Source: Octopus vulgaris
Taxonomy: Eukaryota
Direction of reading: 5' to 3'
Assembly (NCBI GenBank): GCA_951406725.2
Contig: OX597828.1
Location: 27,528,001-27,592,000, forward strand
DNA length: 64,000 bases
Shown: positions 1 through 12,998 of the stretch, piece by piece
How positions within the stretch are numbered: position 1 is the first letter of the stretch
Layout: each line of letters starts with the position of its first letter
Program-made: the position numbers and the translations under genes
Notes under the pieces: model-generated
What the model saw: only the letters and a program-made list of their open reading frames with translations
What the model was told of the DNA's origin: nothing
Database searches by the model: none

Positions 1-711
<711 letters not shown>

Positions 712-801
712 GGATAATAAAATGAATGGAATTGATACTAGGTGTGTCGAAACAATTGTGATTAATAAATTCTCGTATATTCCATTGTCTGTCTTTCACT
801 T

Positions 802-843
<42 letters not shown>

Positions 844-863
844 GGTGTGTGTGGGTGTATGTA

Positions 864-906
<43 letters not shown>

Positions 907-939
907 TTATATACATATATATGTATGTGTATTTTTTCA

Positions 940-1148
940 ATGTGTACAAATAGCATGGTGAAAAAAATAGTTATTAGGGTAGCAGAAATTCACATAAGTT
1001 CCAAGGATATAACAGCCTACTTATAAAGGTAGAAATTCGAAGGTTTAGTAAAATCTTTTTCTATAACATATATAAATAAATAAATGGAGTTAAACACAGG
1101 TGTTATTCAACTCTTTATACTTCCAACATATGTTTCGAAGAAAACATT
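940..1148 (-). mobile_element. Penelope-like pLTR fragment, same family as 31040-31365, with the 3' half of the HHR
   Basis: Minus strand reads CAATGTTTTCTTCGAAACATATGTTGGAAGTATAAAGAGTTGAATAACACCTGTGTTTAACTCCATTTATTT, aligning to 31139-31210; truncated by a SINE at about 1147. Confidence 0.75.
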
Positions 1149-1485
1149 GGGCAAGTGTTTTCTACTATAGCTTCAGGCTGACCAAAGACTTCTGAGTGGA
1201 TTTGATAGATGGAAACTGGAAAAAGTAAGTCATATATGTGCGTGTGTTTGTGTGTGCGTGGGTGTGCGTTTGTGTCTATGTCCGCCACCACCACTTGACA
1301 ACCGATGTTGGTGTGTTTATGTCCTATAACTTAGAAGTTTAACAAAAATGACTAATAGAATAAGTATCAGTTTAAGAGAAAAAAAAACAAAAAATAAGTA
1401 CTGGGCTTGATTCATTCAACTAAAATTCTTCAGGATGGTGCCCCAGCATGGCCACAGTCTAATGACTGAAACAAGTAAGAGGTAA
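1147..1485 (+). mobile_element. 5'-truncated tRNA-derived SINE (family A)
   Basis: TTGGGCAAGTGTTTTCTACTATAGC...CCAGCATGGCCACAGTCTAATGACTGAAACAAGTAA matches 34711-35115. Confidence 0.85.
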
Positions 1486-2621
1486 CAGACATATGTGTAT
1501 GTATACATGCACCTGTGTTTATGTTTATATCAATTTAAACAGGTACAACCCGTCTGATGTACTGCCACAGATCTTCTGCCTAACTTTTCTTATAAGAAAT
1601 GATTTGAACCAACAATATGATAAAGAGTAAAAGACATTTCCCTTAAGTGCCATATGAAGGGATTGAACTCAGAATGTTATGATTCAAGTGATTTGTAACC
1701 ACACAGCCATTGCTATCATGCATATGTATTTATGATTACACACACACTAAGACTCATGCTCACACATATGTGCAAGTGCCTTTATGTGTGTGTGTGTGTG
1801 TATCTACACATATCTACACTCTTGCAAATACATACATGTTTGTGTGAGTGTATATATAAATAAATATATCGTAGGTATATACATTCAGTGAGAGAGAGAG
1901 AGAGAGAGTAGGGAGTGTATATTATATTATAAAGTGAATTTAAAATGCATCCACACAAAATTCTGTGTTTATAAACATTGTTTGCATGTGTGTGTGTGTT
2001 TGTGCATGCATACACACACACACATTTATAAAAAAAGACTCTAAATTATGATAACCCCAGGTTCAATTCTCGTTAAAATGCTGGTGAGTTGTTCCAAAAT
2101 TTCCACAATTATCTGAAGTGCTCAAAGAAGAAAGTAATTTCTTTCTATAACATTTTTTGTAATATTTTGTGATATTGCTGTAGGGCTTAATGATTTAATA
2201 TATGTCGTTAGCAACTCATGGCTGCTTCATAAGTAACTTACTATTTTCCTTGAATTTACAATTTGAACTAAAAATATTTTTCCAAATTTAAAATTTATAA
2301 AAATAAAAAAAAACATTTACAATTATAAGAATGAATTTTATAAAATTAAGACACATAAACAATATATAAATATAGTTAAATAACTGTTTATATAAGTTTT
2401 AAACATGTATGCATCTAATATGTGTTTTGTAAGCTTATTTCTGAAGACTTCTATAAAAATCTATCTTTTATATTCTAAATATTAATTTATCATTTTTCTG
2501 CTATTTATTTGGAGACAGCTATTGTTTCAATCTTTACAAGACCAATTAATATAAGCCCAGGAATGGAGTGCCTCCCTGAAGCTATTCTACAACCTTAGCA
2601 CCATTCATGGCAATATTATAA

Positions 2622-3055
2622 TTACCTACTTACTTAAACCCTATGCTCCTTAAGGGACCACAAACAATTCACAGCTTTTCTACACTGTTTTTGATTCTGG
2701 GCTGTCTTTTCTGCTCCTCTCTAGTTGGATCCCAGCTTTTTTAGTCTAGCAGCTTCCTTTCAGATCTTGCTGCACCGTATTATATATTTCTTTGAGAGAA
2801 GGCCTTCCTTTCCCAGGACATATTGGTCTTGATTTTTCAGCAATGCTTCTGTAACTCTCCTTTTCTTTACTAGGTATGGATGTTGGCCCTATGCAAACCC
2901 ATTTTTACCTCAGGGAAGTGGTGACCCATATTATACTGGCCTCAATCTTTTGACCTGTCCAGAATGAGAAATCCTACCATGAGCTTGCACTCCTCTGGCA
3001 TGGCTCTTACTCAGGGTTATTGAGGCATTCAAGCCACCTCACCGCAGGACTCTGT
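2622..3055 (-). mobile_element. Internally deleted (bipartite) RTE derivative: RTE 5' region joined to RTE 3' end
   Basis: Minus strand of 2630-2775 translates like an RTE C-terminus (KLG..AEKTAQN..RKAVNCLWSLKEHRV*); 2875-3040 is homologous to 45990-46140. Confidence 0.55.
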
Positions 3056-3212
3056 GGTGGCAATAAAACGATTAGCTGCAATAAAATATATTCTTTCAAG
3101 AGACCCATAAACTCGTTCTCTTTCTTTGCTTTCATTCAGGAGGATTAGAAATTTTGAATTTTTACATTGTCTTCACTGTTAATTCAGCCTATTCTTCATA
3201 CCAAATGCTTTA

Positions 3213-3290
3213 TCATAGGTTCTCCTTGTTCCATAGGATCTACGTCTTTCATAAGATCTCCCTTTTCCATAGGGTCTGCCTATTTCATAT
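3213..3290. repeat. Diverged 18-bp minisatellite (about 4.3 units)
   Basis: tcataggttctccttgtt / ccataggatctacgtctt / tcataagatctccctttt / ccatagggtctgcctatt / tcatat. Confidence 0.8.
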
Positions 3291-3911
3291 TTAAGTTAGT
3301 GTTAGACAATGTAAAGTCATGTATTAGAATTTCAATCCAAGATTCTGTGACCTAAAATATTGAAATATTCTACTATTTGTAAAACTTTTGACATAAAAGG
3401 TATCGTGTAGCTAATTAGTACCATGTATTGGTACTGTTTTATAAATCTATCATTGTCATTATCATCATCAATTTAGCAAATATTTTTTTATATTTTATCA
3501 TAAATCAAACAAGTCATTTTCTTTGCACTTTAACCTGATTTATTTTATCTAAGAAGTTTATTTTGATAAATATTCAGATATATTGTTTAATCCATTCTAA
3601 TTAAATCTTTGATGTATTCTGAATCCTTGCATATTCAACTGGAAAATCAATTTACTTCATTTTGTATTATGCATTTTTGGCGTGATTGTGTAGTTGAGAA
3701 ATTTACTTGTCAACCTCTTGGTTTCAAGTTCAGTCCCACCTCATGGTACCTTAGGCAAGTGTTTTCTACTATAGCCCCAGGTCAAATAAAGCCTTGTGAG
3801 AGGGTTTGGTAGATGGAAACTGAAAGAAGCCCATCATAAATATATATACATATATATATAGATGTATATATATATTTTTTAATTTTTCTGAATTTAATTA
3901 TTTAATCGTTA

Positions 3912-3949
3912 CAGTTGAAAAGGTCTCAAAATGACCGAAACCGGTACTG
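3912..3949 (+). ncRNA. Minimal type-I hammerhead ribozyme motif, U3-A8 variant, in a short TA-flanked element
   Basis: CAG-TTGAAAA-GGTC-tcaaaat-GACC-GAAA-CCGG-TA-CTG: stem I CAG/CTG, stem II GGTC/GACC, palindromic stem III ACCGGT, GUA site. Confidence 0.7.
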
Positions 3950-3997
3950 AAATGTTCTTTATAAAATTATTTTAGCATTTTCTATCTTTACTTGTTT

Positions 3998-4048
<51 letters not shown>

Positions 4049-5614
4049 GCAGAGTAGTATGGTTTGCGTGGGGCATTGTCTGATATATATATATATAAAA
4101 GTGTTTTTAAAATTTGTTTTCAAAGTTAAAATAGTGCAGGTTATAATAAAAACTACTTCACAAGGCATTTTACTTTTACCTTCAATATTTCAGGTAAATG
4201 TACAAGCCCTTGTGTATATGGCTGTTTGACTGACTGTGTGTATGTTCATGTGTTCTCGTCTTGACGCCACATGATAGTTGTAAATGAGTGACACTGTTAC
4301 ACAAGCAGCAGCAGCAGCTCATGGGAAAATATAATCTTGCTTAGAAACAGGTAAATGTTGGTGACAGGAAGGGCATCCAACCGTAAAAATCTGCTTCAAG
4401 CACCTCCCTGCCACCAAGCAATGCAAGCATAGAGAAATGAATGTTAAAATGATGGTGATGATATCATTACTGGCCTAGAGATTTCTCTCAGACACTTTAC
4501 ATTGATGTTTTCAACTCTTGTTTGTTTACTTTCTCAACTTCTCTCAGAACTTTTTCTTATTCATGCCAGACCGGTAAAATAGATATTGAAGTAAAAGACT
4601 TTGGGCTTATTATATTAACTTGTGTAGTGCATAGCAACAAACGATTATTCCAAGTCTCGTTAAATGAGCAACGTTTGGCTCTAAGAAGAAACGAGAAGCA
4701 AAGTACTTACAGGAACATGCTATTCTGCTAACAGAAGGCCATTTCTTACCTGCATGGGAAAATGGATGTTAAGATTGCAATGATGACAATTATGATGATG
4801 GTTCATCTTCAGTAATATTAAATCTAGAATGCCATTGGAAGTTTGAGTCATTACACTTAGTTGGTTAGTTGAGTAACTCTTGGGAAATGTGATGGAAACA
4901 TAAAAAAAGAGAAAAAGATAGAAATCTCTATCCTAATGTCTGTCTTTTTAATCTTTAGATGCAGCCATCCCCATCAGGGTGTATCATTGTTACAAGGTAT
5001 GTGGAGTCGTAAACATAAAAATATTAGTGAAATCGGCACACCACTGCCTCACGGAATAATGCAGCTACTATGGACATCGTAATGGAGAATGGTGTTAGTC
5101 TGATTAAAATCACTAAGCATGGCATTGGATATAGTAGTAAAATGTATTGGCTTTAGTGACTTTCGAAAATGGCCATATCATCTATTGAGGATCAACTTGC
5201 GTTATGAACACGAGCATGCCAGAGTTACATGCAGTTAACAAGCAAAAAGCTCTGCGACCCCTTGGGAGTGATGAAAGGTTTTCAGATGTTTTGTTGTCAA
5301 GTGGAAAATCATTGTTTCCAAACAATGGAAATAAAGTGAGACTCTTAAGAGCCAGCAGCTAAGAAGACCCATATTGATAAAATATCAGAAAATGATAAAA
5401 GATTAAAAAGATTTGGTGTTACTTCAAACATTTTGGCAACGTGAAATCCTTATTTCATATTTTAGTAGTGTCTAATCTTTGATTTCAAATTTATATCAGT
5501 TTCATTGTTTCTCTCTTAACATTAACCTATATATTTGCTTTTTGAAGTATTATTGAATAACATTGAAGTTTTATCTTTTTTTCTTGGTTCAGTTTTATTT
5601 GTTTACTTGGTGGG

Positions 5615-5844
5615 TGTTGCTGTGCTGGGGCACCACCTTGAAGGGTTATAGTCAAACAAATCAACTTTAGTTCTTTTTCTTAGTCTGTTATTCATTATAT
5701 TAGTCTCTTTTGTCAAACTGTTAAGTTATGGGGGTATAAACAAACCAACGCCTGTTGTCGACTGGTATAATCAGGGAGATAAACACAGAAACAAAAACAC
5801 TCACTTACACACACGTATGTATGTATATATATATATATGTGTGG

Positions 5845-5891
<47 letters not shown>

Positions 5892-6163
5892 CATATATAT
5901 ACACACACACATATATATATATATATATACATACATATATATATGCACACACATATAAATACATATATATGTAGGTAAGTATATAAATGCATACATACAT
6001 ACATATGAGGCAGGCTTCCACACAGTTTCTATCTACCAAATTCACTCACAGGTTATTGGTCATCCTGAAGCAACAGTAGAAGACACTTGCCCAAGGTATC
6101 ACAGAGTGGAACTGAACCCCAAATCATTGTTTACAGCACTAGCTTCTTAACCACACAACCATG
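5615..6163 (-). mobile_element. Degraded SINE family A with expanded internal microsatellite
   Basis: CAGGCTTCCACACAGTTTCTATCTACCAAATTCACTCACA...GAAGACACTTGCCCAAGG...CTTAACCACACAACC. Confidence 0.8.
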
Positions 6164-7804
6164 ACTTAATTATTTTGTTAAAACGTCATCAGTTTTGAAT
6201 TAGGCTTAAATTCTGGAGACTGAAGGAAGTGCCCATCTGATGTTCATTTTATTCTGAATAATGTTTTGGTATCACTTTATGCTATATATATTCAAAAGCA
6301 AAGAAATGAAATTGGATGGCATCATGTTTTCCTCAACAGCATAAACAGTATAATTGAGGTTGGATCAGTCTCACCCGTGAACCAAAACCAACTCAGAATT
6401 CATCTGACTGAGAGATAACGACTTTCATTATGGTGCTTTTCTCCACTGATGATTTATACGTTGGAAAGGTTTCCTGGAAAAGCTTCGTTAGGATGTATTA
6501 CTTGAAGACAAGTTATAAATAAGTAATTTTGATGTGAAAACTATTTCCTGTATAAAGACAATTAACGCTCTGTGTCTTGGTTCACTCAGAAATAAGCATC
6601 AGAGCAGTAATGTACAAGAAGGTGTGCAAAAGAGAAAATGTAAACTTTAGATCATGGGGTAGGGATGAGGATGCTATTTCCTCTCAATAATTGTGGAAAT
6701 ATGCAAAAATATATTTATGAATTATTTGCTAAAATACCATGTTAGAAACTTTAAGTTTTCTTTTTTTTATCTTGGTTTACCAGTTTGCTAACTGCTTTTG
6801 GAATCGGTCACTGATTGTTTGAAGTTATTTTAACCAGATTTCTTCTCTACATTGTCACAATAATCTAATTTGTTATGTAAAAACTGATGTGTTTCATTGA
6901 CTTTTCTTTATGACCATTTTCTTTTTTCTTATACATACTATTTTCTTATTTCTTGGACCATAGCAATCTCTTGTTGTTGTTGCTGTTGTTGTTGTCATTG
7001 TTTTCTGTTCTTTTCAAATAAGAAGTATACACATCAATCTATTCTGTCAACAACTTGATTTCAACTCTATGTGTGTGTACTTTCAATCTAATTGTTATTC
7101 ATATTGCTTTAAATACTGATGGAGACAAACTGTCTGCTGCTTACCAAACCCTTGTTCTTTAACGTTAGCAGTTTCTGGACTAAATTCTTTTTTTTTTCTT
7201 AACTGAAGCTTTCATTCTAAAAACTGGATGACAATAGGTTCACTTTTGAAGAAATAAACCTACAATGCATCAACCTGTATAAGTTTGTTTCTTTGTGACA
7301 AACTATTAGAGATGTCAAAGCATTGGACAAAATGCTTTATGTTATGGCATTTTTGACAACATCCTGCACACTGGGTTCAAATCCAGCTACGGGCCAACTT
7401 TCTCACCATCTTTTCAGGGTTAATAAAAACATAACAGTCGAATCCAGGAAGGGAAGACTGGCAGAATTGTAAGAACATAAGAACAGGTTCCTTGTGGTAT
7501 TTACTCTAAATATCTGCACTTGGTATTCAAGTCCCCCCGGAGTCAAATTTATCTTTCATCCTTTCAGGGTCCATGAAATGAAGTATGAACTCGAAGAATT
7601 GGATTGGCTGAAGTGTAAGAATTTTGGACACAATGCCTTCTGGTATTTGCTCCATCTCTTCACATTCAATGTTCAAATTCCACCTTGGGTTACTTGGGTG
7701 ATAAATTTAATCCATTACCTTATTTAATACCAACATCTGGTATCCGGAATATTAAATAATCTACATATACATATATATATACAAAAATATATATATATAT
7801 ATAT

Positions 7805-8106
7805 CATGTGATCACGTGACCGACCAGACCATCAGATGTTGTTACACATCCCTGGTCACAATGTGTTTGCATTGTTTTAGCCTTTGAATGATGCCACCCC
7901 GCTGGCTAAGCGAGCAGGCCAACAGAAGAAAGAGTGGGAGAAAGAGTGGTGAGAGTACAGCAGGGATCACCACCCCCTGCCGGAGCATCGTGGAGCTTTT
8001 AGGTGTTTTCGCTCAATAAACACTCACAACGCCCGGTCTGGGAATCAAAACCGCTATCCTACAACCGCGAGTCCGCTGCCCTAACCACATGGCCATTGCG
8101 CCTCCA
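7805..8106 (-). mobile_element. tRNA-derived SINE (family D)
   Basis: Minus-strand head GGAGGCGCAATGGCCATGTGGTTAGGGCAGCGGACTCGCGG with Pol III A/B-box-like motifs; head copy at 49150-49245; tail GGTCACGTGATCACATGA shared with about 43400-43640. Confidence 0.85.
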
Positions 8107-8212
8107 CATATATATATACATACACACACATACATACATGTAACTATATATATCTAGCTATATGTGTGTGTGTCTGTGTGTGTATAGATAGAAAGATAGA
8201 TATAGCATGTAT

Positions 8213-8422
8213 ATTGTATTTGATGGGATAAAAGACATACTGGTATATTAAATAGATGCAGCACTTATTCAGGAAAAATATTTTTAGTGTATTAAAGTTT
8301 ATGAGAGGCCTGATATTGCGTATAGGACTCAGGGGAGGCTTGATATCACATACTGAACTCAGGGTGACATTTTCACACATGTTCTTAAAAAAAAAGTGCA
8401 TCTTATACGCCATCAAATATGA
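8213..8422. mobile_element. Tc1/mariner/pogo-like MITE
   Basis: Imperfect TIRs TGTATTTGATGGGATAAAAGAC...GCATCTTATACGCCATCAAATATG; related copy at about 10938-11127. Confidence 0.6.
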
Positions 8423-8548
8423 CACACCGTGTGTGTGTGTGTATTTTCATACTCTTTACTCTTTTACTAAGTAACGGGGACATAAACACACCAGCATCGG
8501 TTGTCAAGCAATGCTAGGGAGACAAACACAGACACACAAACATACACG

Positions 8549-8580
<32 letters not shown>

Positions 8581-8584
<4 letters not shown>

Positions 8585-8966
8585 GTTTAAATATTTGTTG
8601 TGCAAGATTTTTTATGTGAAGTCGTGTGTTGAAACAGATATTGTTGTATTTCGGAATGGTCATATTGCCAGTTTAGCCAATAAAAACACATGCACTATAT
8701 ATTTGGTGTTATTTTGCTTCAGTGATATTTATTTTTTACATTAATCTTAATCTTATTTCGGCTGACGGTTTGTAAGGAGAGACACAAATAAGTGAGAAGA
8801 AAACAAAGGACCACTGATGCGGTCACAGGAGTGTGACGAAAGAACTTTAGCCGAAATAAGATTAAGATTAATGTAAAAAATAAATATCACTGAAGCAAAA
8901 TAACACCAAATATATAGTGCGTGTGTTTTTATTGGTTAAACTGGCAATATGACCATTCCGAAATAT

Positions 8967-8975
<9 letters not shown>
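8581..8975. mobile_element. Fold-back element between (TA)n tracts (about 125-bp arms, 85-bp spacer)
   Basis: 8638-8763 is the near-perfect reverse complement of 8849-8975; spacer contains the HHR-like CTGATGC-G-GTCACA-ggag-TGTGAC-GAAA. Confidence 0.85.
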
Positions 8976-9018
<43 letters not shown>

Positions 9019-9548
9019 TTTCACACATGTTCTTCAAAAAAAGTGCATCTTATACGCCATCAAATATGACACACCGTGTGTGTGTGTGTGTGTATTTTCA
9101 TACTCTTTACTCTTTTACTTGTTTCAGTCATTTGACTGCAGCCATGCTGGAGCATCGCCTTTAATCGAGCAACTCGACCCCAGGACTTATTCTTTGTAAG
9201 CCCAGTACTTATTCTGTGCCTAATAATTTTTCTCTTTGTCTTTTCCTTTTTTTTTTTCTGTGATCCTCTTAGAAAATGTATGACACTGTCATTTTTAGTT
9301 GTTAGGACTAATCTGTGACCACTACTGCAATCTCTGCAACCAGACCTGCAAGTCCTAGCTAGATCTGAATTCCCTCATGAAACAAGACAGCCAAACATCA
9401 AACTAAGAAAACTCTGCAGCTGTATCCTTGCTGGACCCTCATTTGCCAAAGCTATAGGAGACTCTAACATTAATATTTTAGGCTACTGAAGAATTTTTTT
9501 TTTCCCCCATAATATTTGCATAAAACTTTTTCTTTCCCTATTATAACC

Positions 9549-9779
9549 TATTTCTTTACTACCCACAAAGGGCAAAACACAGAGGGGACAAACAAGGAGA
9601 GACAAACGGATTAAGTCGATTATGTCGCCCCCAGTGCGTAACTGGTACTTAATTTATTAACCCCGAAAGGATGAAAGGCAAAGTCAACCTAGGCAGAATT
9701 TGAACTCAGGACGTAACGGCAGACGAAATACGGCTACGCATTTCGCCCGGCGTGCTAATAATTCTGCCAGCTCGACGCC
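9549..9779 (-). mobile_element. SINE family B (Meta-domain-like core)
   Basis: Reverse complement of 24907-25138 / 34472-34702; core GACTTTGCCTTTCATCCTTTCGGGG...AAGTACCAG. Confidence 0.9.
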
Positions 9780-10155
9780 TTTTCCCTATTATACCAATCT
9801 GTATTTCTCTTCCTTGTTTTGTTTTTTTTTCTTTATTCCTTCTCTCTTCACCTTTAACTTTTTCATTTTGCTTTATTCGCTCTCTTTCTCAGATGTGACT
9901 TAAAAATTATCTAATATGTTCTCGTCTGTGCGTCCTGTGAGTTTTGCAAATACATCAAATAACCATTAGTAGTTTTGTTCTGTTTGGACCACATAATCCA
10001 ATATATAAATAAAATAAAATATACACTGGCTTTGTGTGTGTGTGTATCAGCATATAATGTATATCTGTGCATGTACATATGTAGATAACTAGATGTAAAG
10101 ACACACATGAATGGATAGATGCATATTTGTAGGTATGTGCAAGAGAAAAAAGAAT

Positions 10156-10191
<36 letters not shown>

Positions 10192-10937
10192 TTTGTGTGT
10201 GTATGTGTGTGGTATGTGTGTATATATATATATATGCATACACACACACACACACATGCATTCACAGAGAAAGACAGATTTTAGAAATCTTGTTTGCTAT
10301 CTTGAAACACATGTAGACTTTGTCTGTTGTCATGGAAACACATACAAAAAATTGTCTGAGTTTTTTGTTCCTGCTTAATGATCAACATATGTCTTCAAGA
10401 AAGTCCTCTCCTTCTAAAACTATATTTCACTGCCAAATTTTGTTTAGATTAAAAGTAAGTTATCGAATATTTTCTGGGTGGGTTTTTTTTTTGTTTTTGC
10501 TTTTCATTATTATGTGATTTTTTTTTTTGTTTTTTAGTGTTAGTGTTATTTGCAAATGTTGAGTACAAAATTATATTGCAATGTTCTTAATCTACTTCTT
10601 AAAGCATTAGGTAATGTGGTTGGTTGTAACAGCTGGTTAAAATATGTTCCTAGCAAGATAGTGATGAGTCAAAAGCTATGTTAAACTTTATTTATTGACT
10701 TTTTTTTTTTTTTTGGTGTTTAAATTAAATATAAAAAAAGCTTAATGGCTTTTCTTTCATTTTTTCTCTTTTTGAAAATCTGAAAAAAAATCTCGGAAAT
10801 AAAATATCTCAACTAAATCTGAGACATTAAAACAAAAGAGTGAAATGACTAAATCTATAATAGCTAGTGTCTTTTAGTGTCTGCTAGTTGGTTGAATTGA
10901 CCTCAGTTAAATATGTCTGAACTATCTAATAACACTT

Positions 10938-11127
10938 ACTGTATTTGATGGCATAAAAACTGCATGGGCATATTAGATCCACCCCAATTTCAGCAGAAAA
11001 GAGATTTTAGTGTTTTAGTGCATTAAAGACTATAGGATGTCCAACTTTATATATAGGACCCTGGACGAATTTTTGAGATATTTTTTTTTAAGAAAAATGC
11101 ATCATTTATATACAAACAATATCAGTA
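10938..11127. mobile_element. Degraded Tc1/mariner-like MITE
   Basis: TACTGTATTTGATGGCATAAAAACTGCAT...ATGCATCATTTATATACAAACAATATCAGTA; similar to 8213-8422. Confidence 0.5.
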
Positions 11128-11633
11128 TATGCCTGGTGCTAATGTATAACAGTGGTCTTGAAAAGTATAAGTTATCACATGAAGATTTTCTTTATTAGAT
11201 GAAAGTGAAAAACAAAACATGAGACCAAAAAAAAGGCTTTTTTCTTTTTGCTTCTTTACAATTCTTTTTTTAAGTAAGATCTACAGTGTATAGAATTAAG
11301 TGTAATATATTACTGGTATATTATAGACTTGAGAAGAATGTGAATGCAGAACTATGAGACAAAAGAATGAAAATGCTCCAGATTATCTAACCCTTTTCTT
11401 TATCATCTCTGTTAACTCACCTAATCAATCACGTAATTAATGGGGGTTTTTGGTCAATTATGTGTTGCTTAGCTCCAATTAAACCTTAATAATAAACTAA
11501 TTCCATCTTCAACCTTTACCTGCTTTTTAAGCAAAATAATATTTCCCTGAGGCCAGAAAATGTTTTTGCAAAATACAGGAATTAAATAACATTCACTTAT
11601 AACTGTCACATGATGTCAACACTAGGATAGACT

Positions 11634-11667
<34 letters not shown>

Positions 11668-12484
11668 CACAATGAGCTTCTTTCAGTTTCCATCCATCAG
11701 ATCTATTCAAAACTATAATCAACTTGGGGATTTGGTAGAAGTCACTTGCCCAAGGTACCATGCAGTGGAACTGAACCCCCAGCTCCTTAACCACATGAGT
11801 AGTTCCTTCATTTTGCTTTCAATCCTTTCCTTCTCTTATTTTTCTCCTTTTCTTCTTCTGCTACATTTTCTTACTTCTTCCTAATATTCCTCTTTAGTTC
11901 ATTAATTTATCTCAATTCCACTCTTTTATTGCAATCTTACCTCTCTTCCAGTTCTCCTTTCCATCTATCTGACTTCACTTTCTTTCTTCTAATTTTAAAA
12001 TTATTTTCCTGCTTTCTCATTTCATAATCTGTTCGCTTACTATCTCTCAAATGTTTCCCCACTCTTTGTTTCAATATTTCCTCTTGAAAGCACTTAAAAA
12101 CATAATAATACCACGTTAAAAGAATTGTAAAGCTCCTACTTAACCTTTTTTGCGACAATATTTTCCAAGGAAATATTATCTGGAAGCTTCAGTTAATTCT
12201 CAAAACCATCAACTACTCAAAGGCTCACTTGCTATGTTGTGTTATGGCAACATTTATAGAGTTCTTTTGCTACTGGTTGATCTGAGAATGGCAAATGAAG
12301 AGATATCCAGAAAACCTTACAAAACACATATCTATGCATGTGGGTTGTCAAATGTGACTCTTGGACTATAGGCAGAGTGAACTACCAATTTTCTGTTAGT
12401 AAATTAATATCCTAGTGCTGCAGCATACATCGCGTCTTTAATATATTTCCATACATGTGAAAGGGTGCATTGCAAAGAAATAAA

Positions 12485-12836
12485 TCTCTATATATATAAA
12501 TGGCAAAATGTCTGTGTGTGTGTCCTTTATACAAATCCACAATTTTTCAGTTAGAGAGCTCACACTTTCTATGGTCCAAGGGTGGTCGTGCACATCTTTA
12601 CATTTCCCCAGTCACCCCGCAAAGCCATTAAAAAAATCAATAGAAGTGACTTTTTTGTGAATTTTCTATCGCAAACCCAATCAAAATGCCCAAAACTTGA
12701 TAGGCCAATTGAATGGCAGCTAGCTGTATGTGATTGGTCGGAGATTTGGACAGTACTCGCATGTATGTGCGCACACACGCAGCTGTATATGCATGCACTA
12801 GCACTATGACCCAGCATTGCCAGGTCACAGTGCTAG
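12485..12836 (+). mobile_element. Non-autonomous Helitron
   Basis: A|TC 5' end (TCTCTATATATATAAA), subterminal hairpin TAGCACTATGACC...GGTCACAGTGCTA, 3' CTAG|T, no TSD. Confidence 0.85.
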
Positions 12837-12927
12837 TATATGATAAATAGATAGCATCTGATGGATGATATATGAGAAGTAATGCAGCCCAAAACAGGTA
12901 ATATCAGAGATAATACCTCATATATTT

Positions 12928-12998
12928 GCTAAAGTGGTGCCGTGGAAGCATGCTGGGCCCATAACCCAGAGGTTTGTAGCCCGAAACTACACTTTCTA
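12928..12998 (+). pseudogene. Initiator tRNA-Met (CAT) pseudogene
   Basis: AAGTGGTGCCGTGGAAGCATGCTGGGCCCATAACCCAGAGGT matches eukaryotic tRNAiMet; anticodon CAT at 12960-12962; T arm TGTAG/CTACA; acceptor stem degraded. Confidence 0.8.

Noticed and set aside
4959-4996. Plus-strand 38-nt exon-like segment (tttag|ATGCAGCC...ACAAG|gtatgt)
   Set aside because: No partner exons or recognisable product; such signals are common by chance in AT-rich DNA
6442-6479. TCCA-CTGATGA...GAAA...TC-CTGGA hammerhead-like string
   Set aside because: No stem II, no palindromic stem III, and stem I is out of register; likely chance
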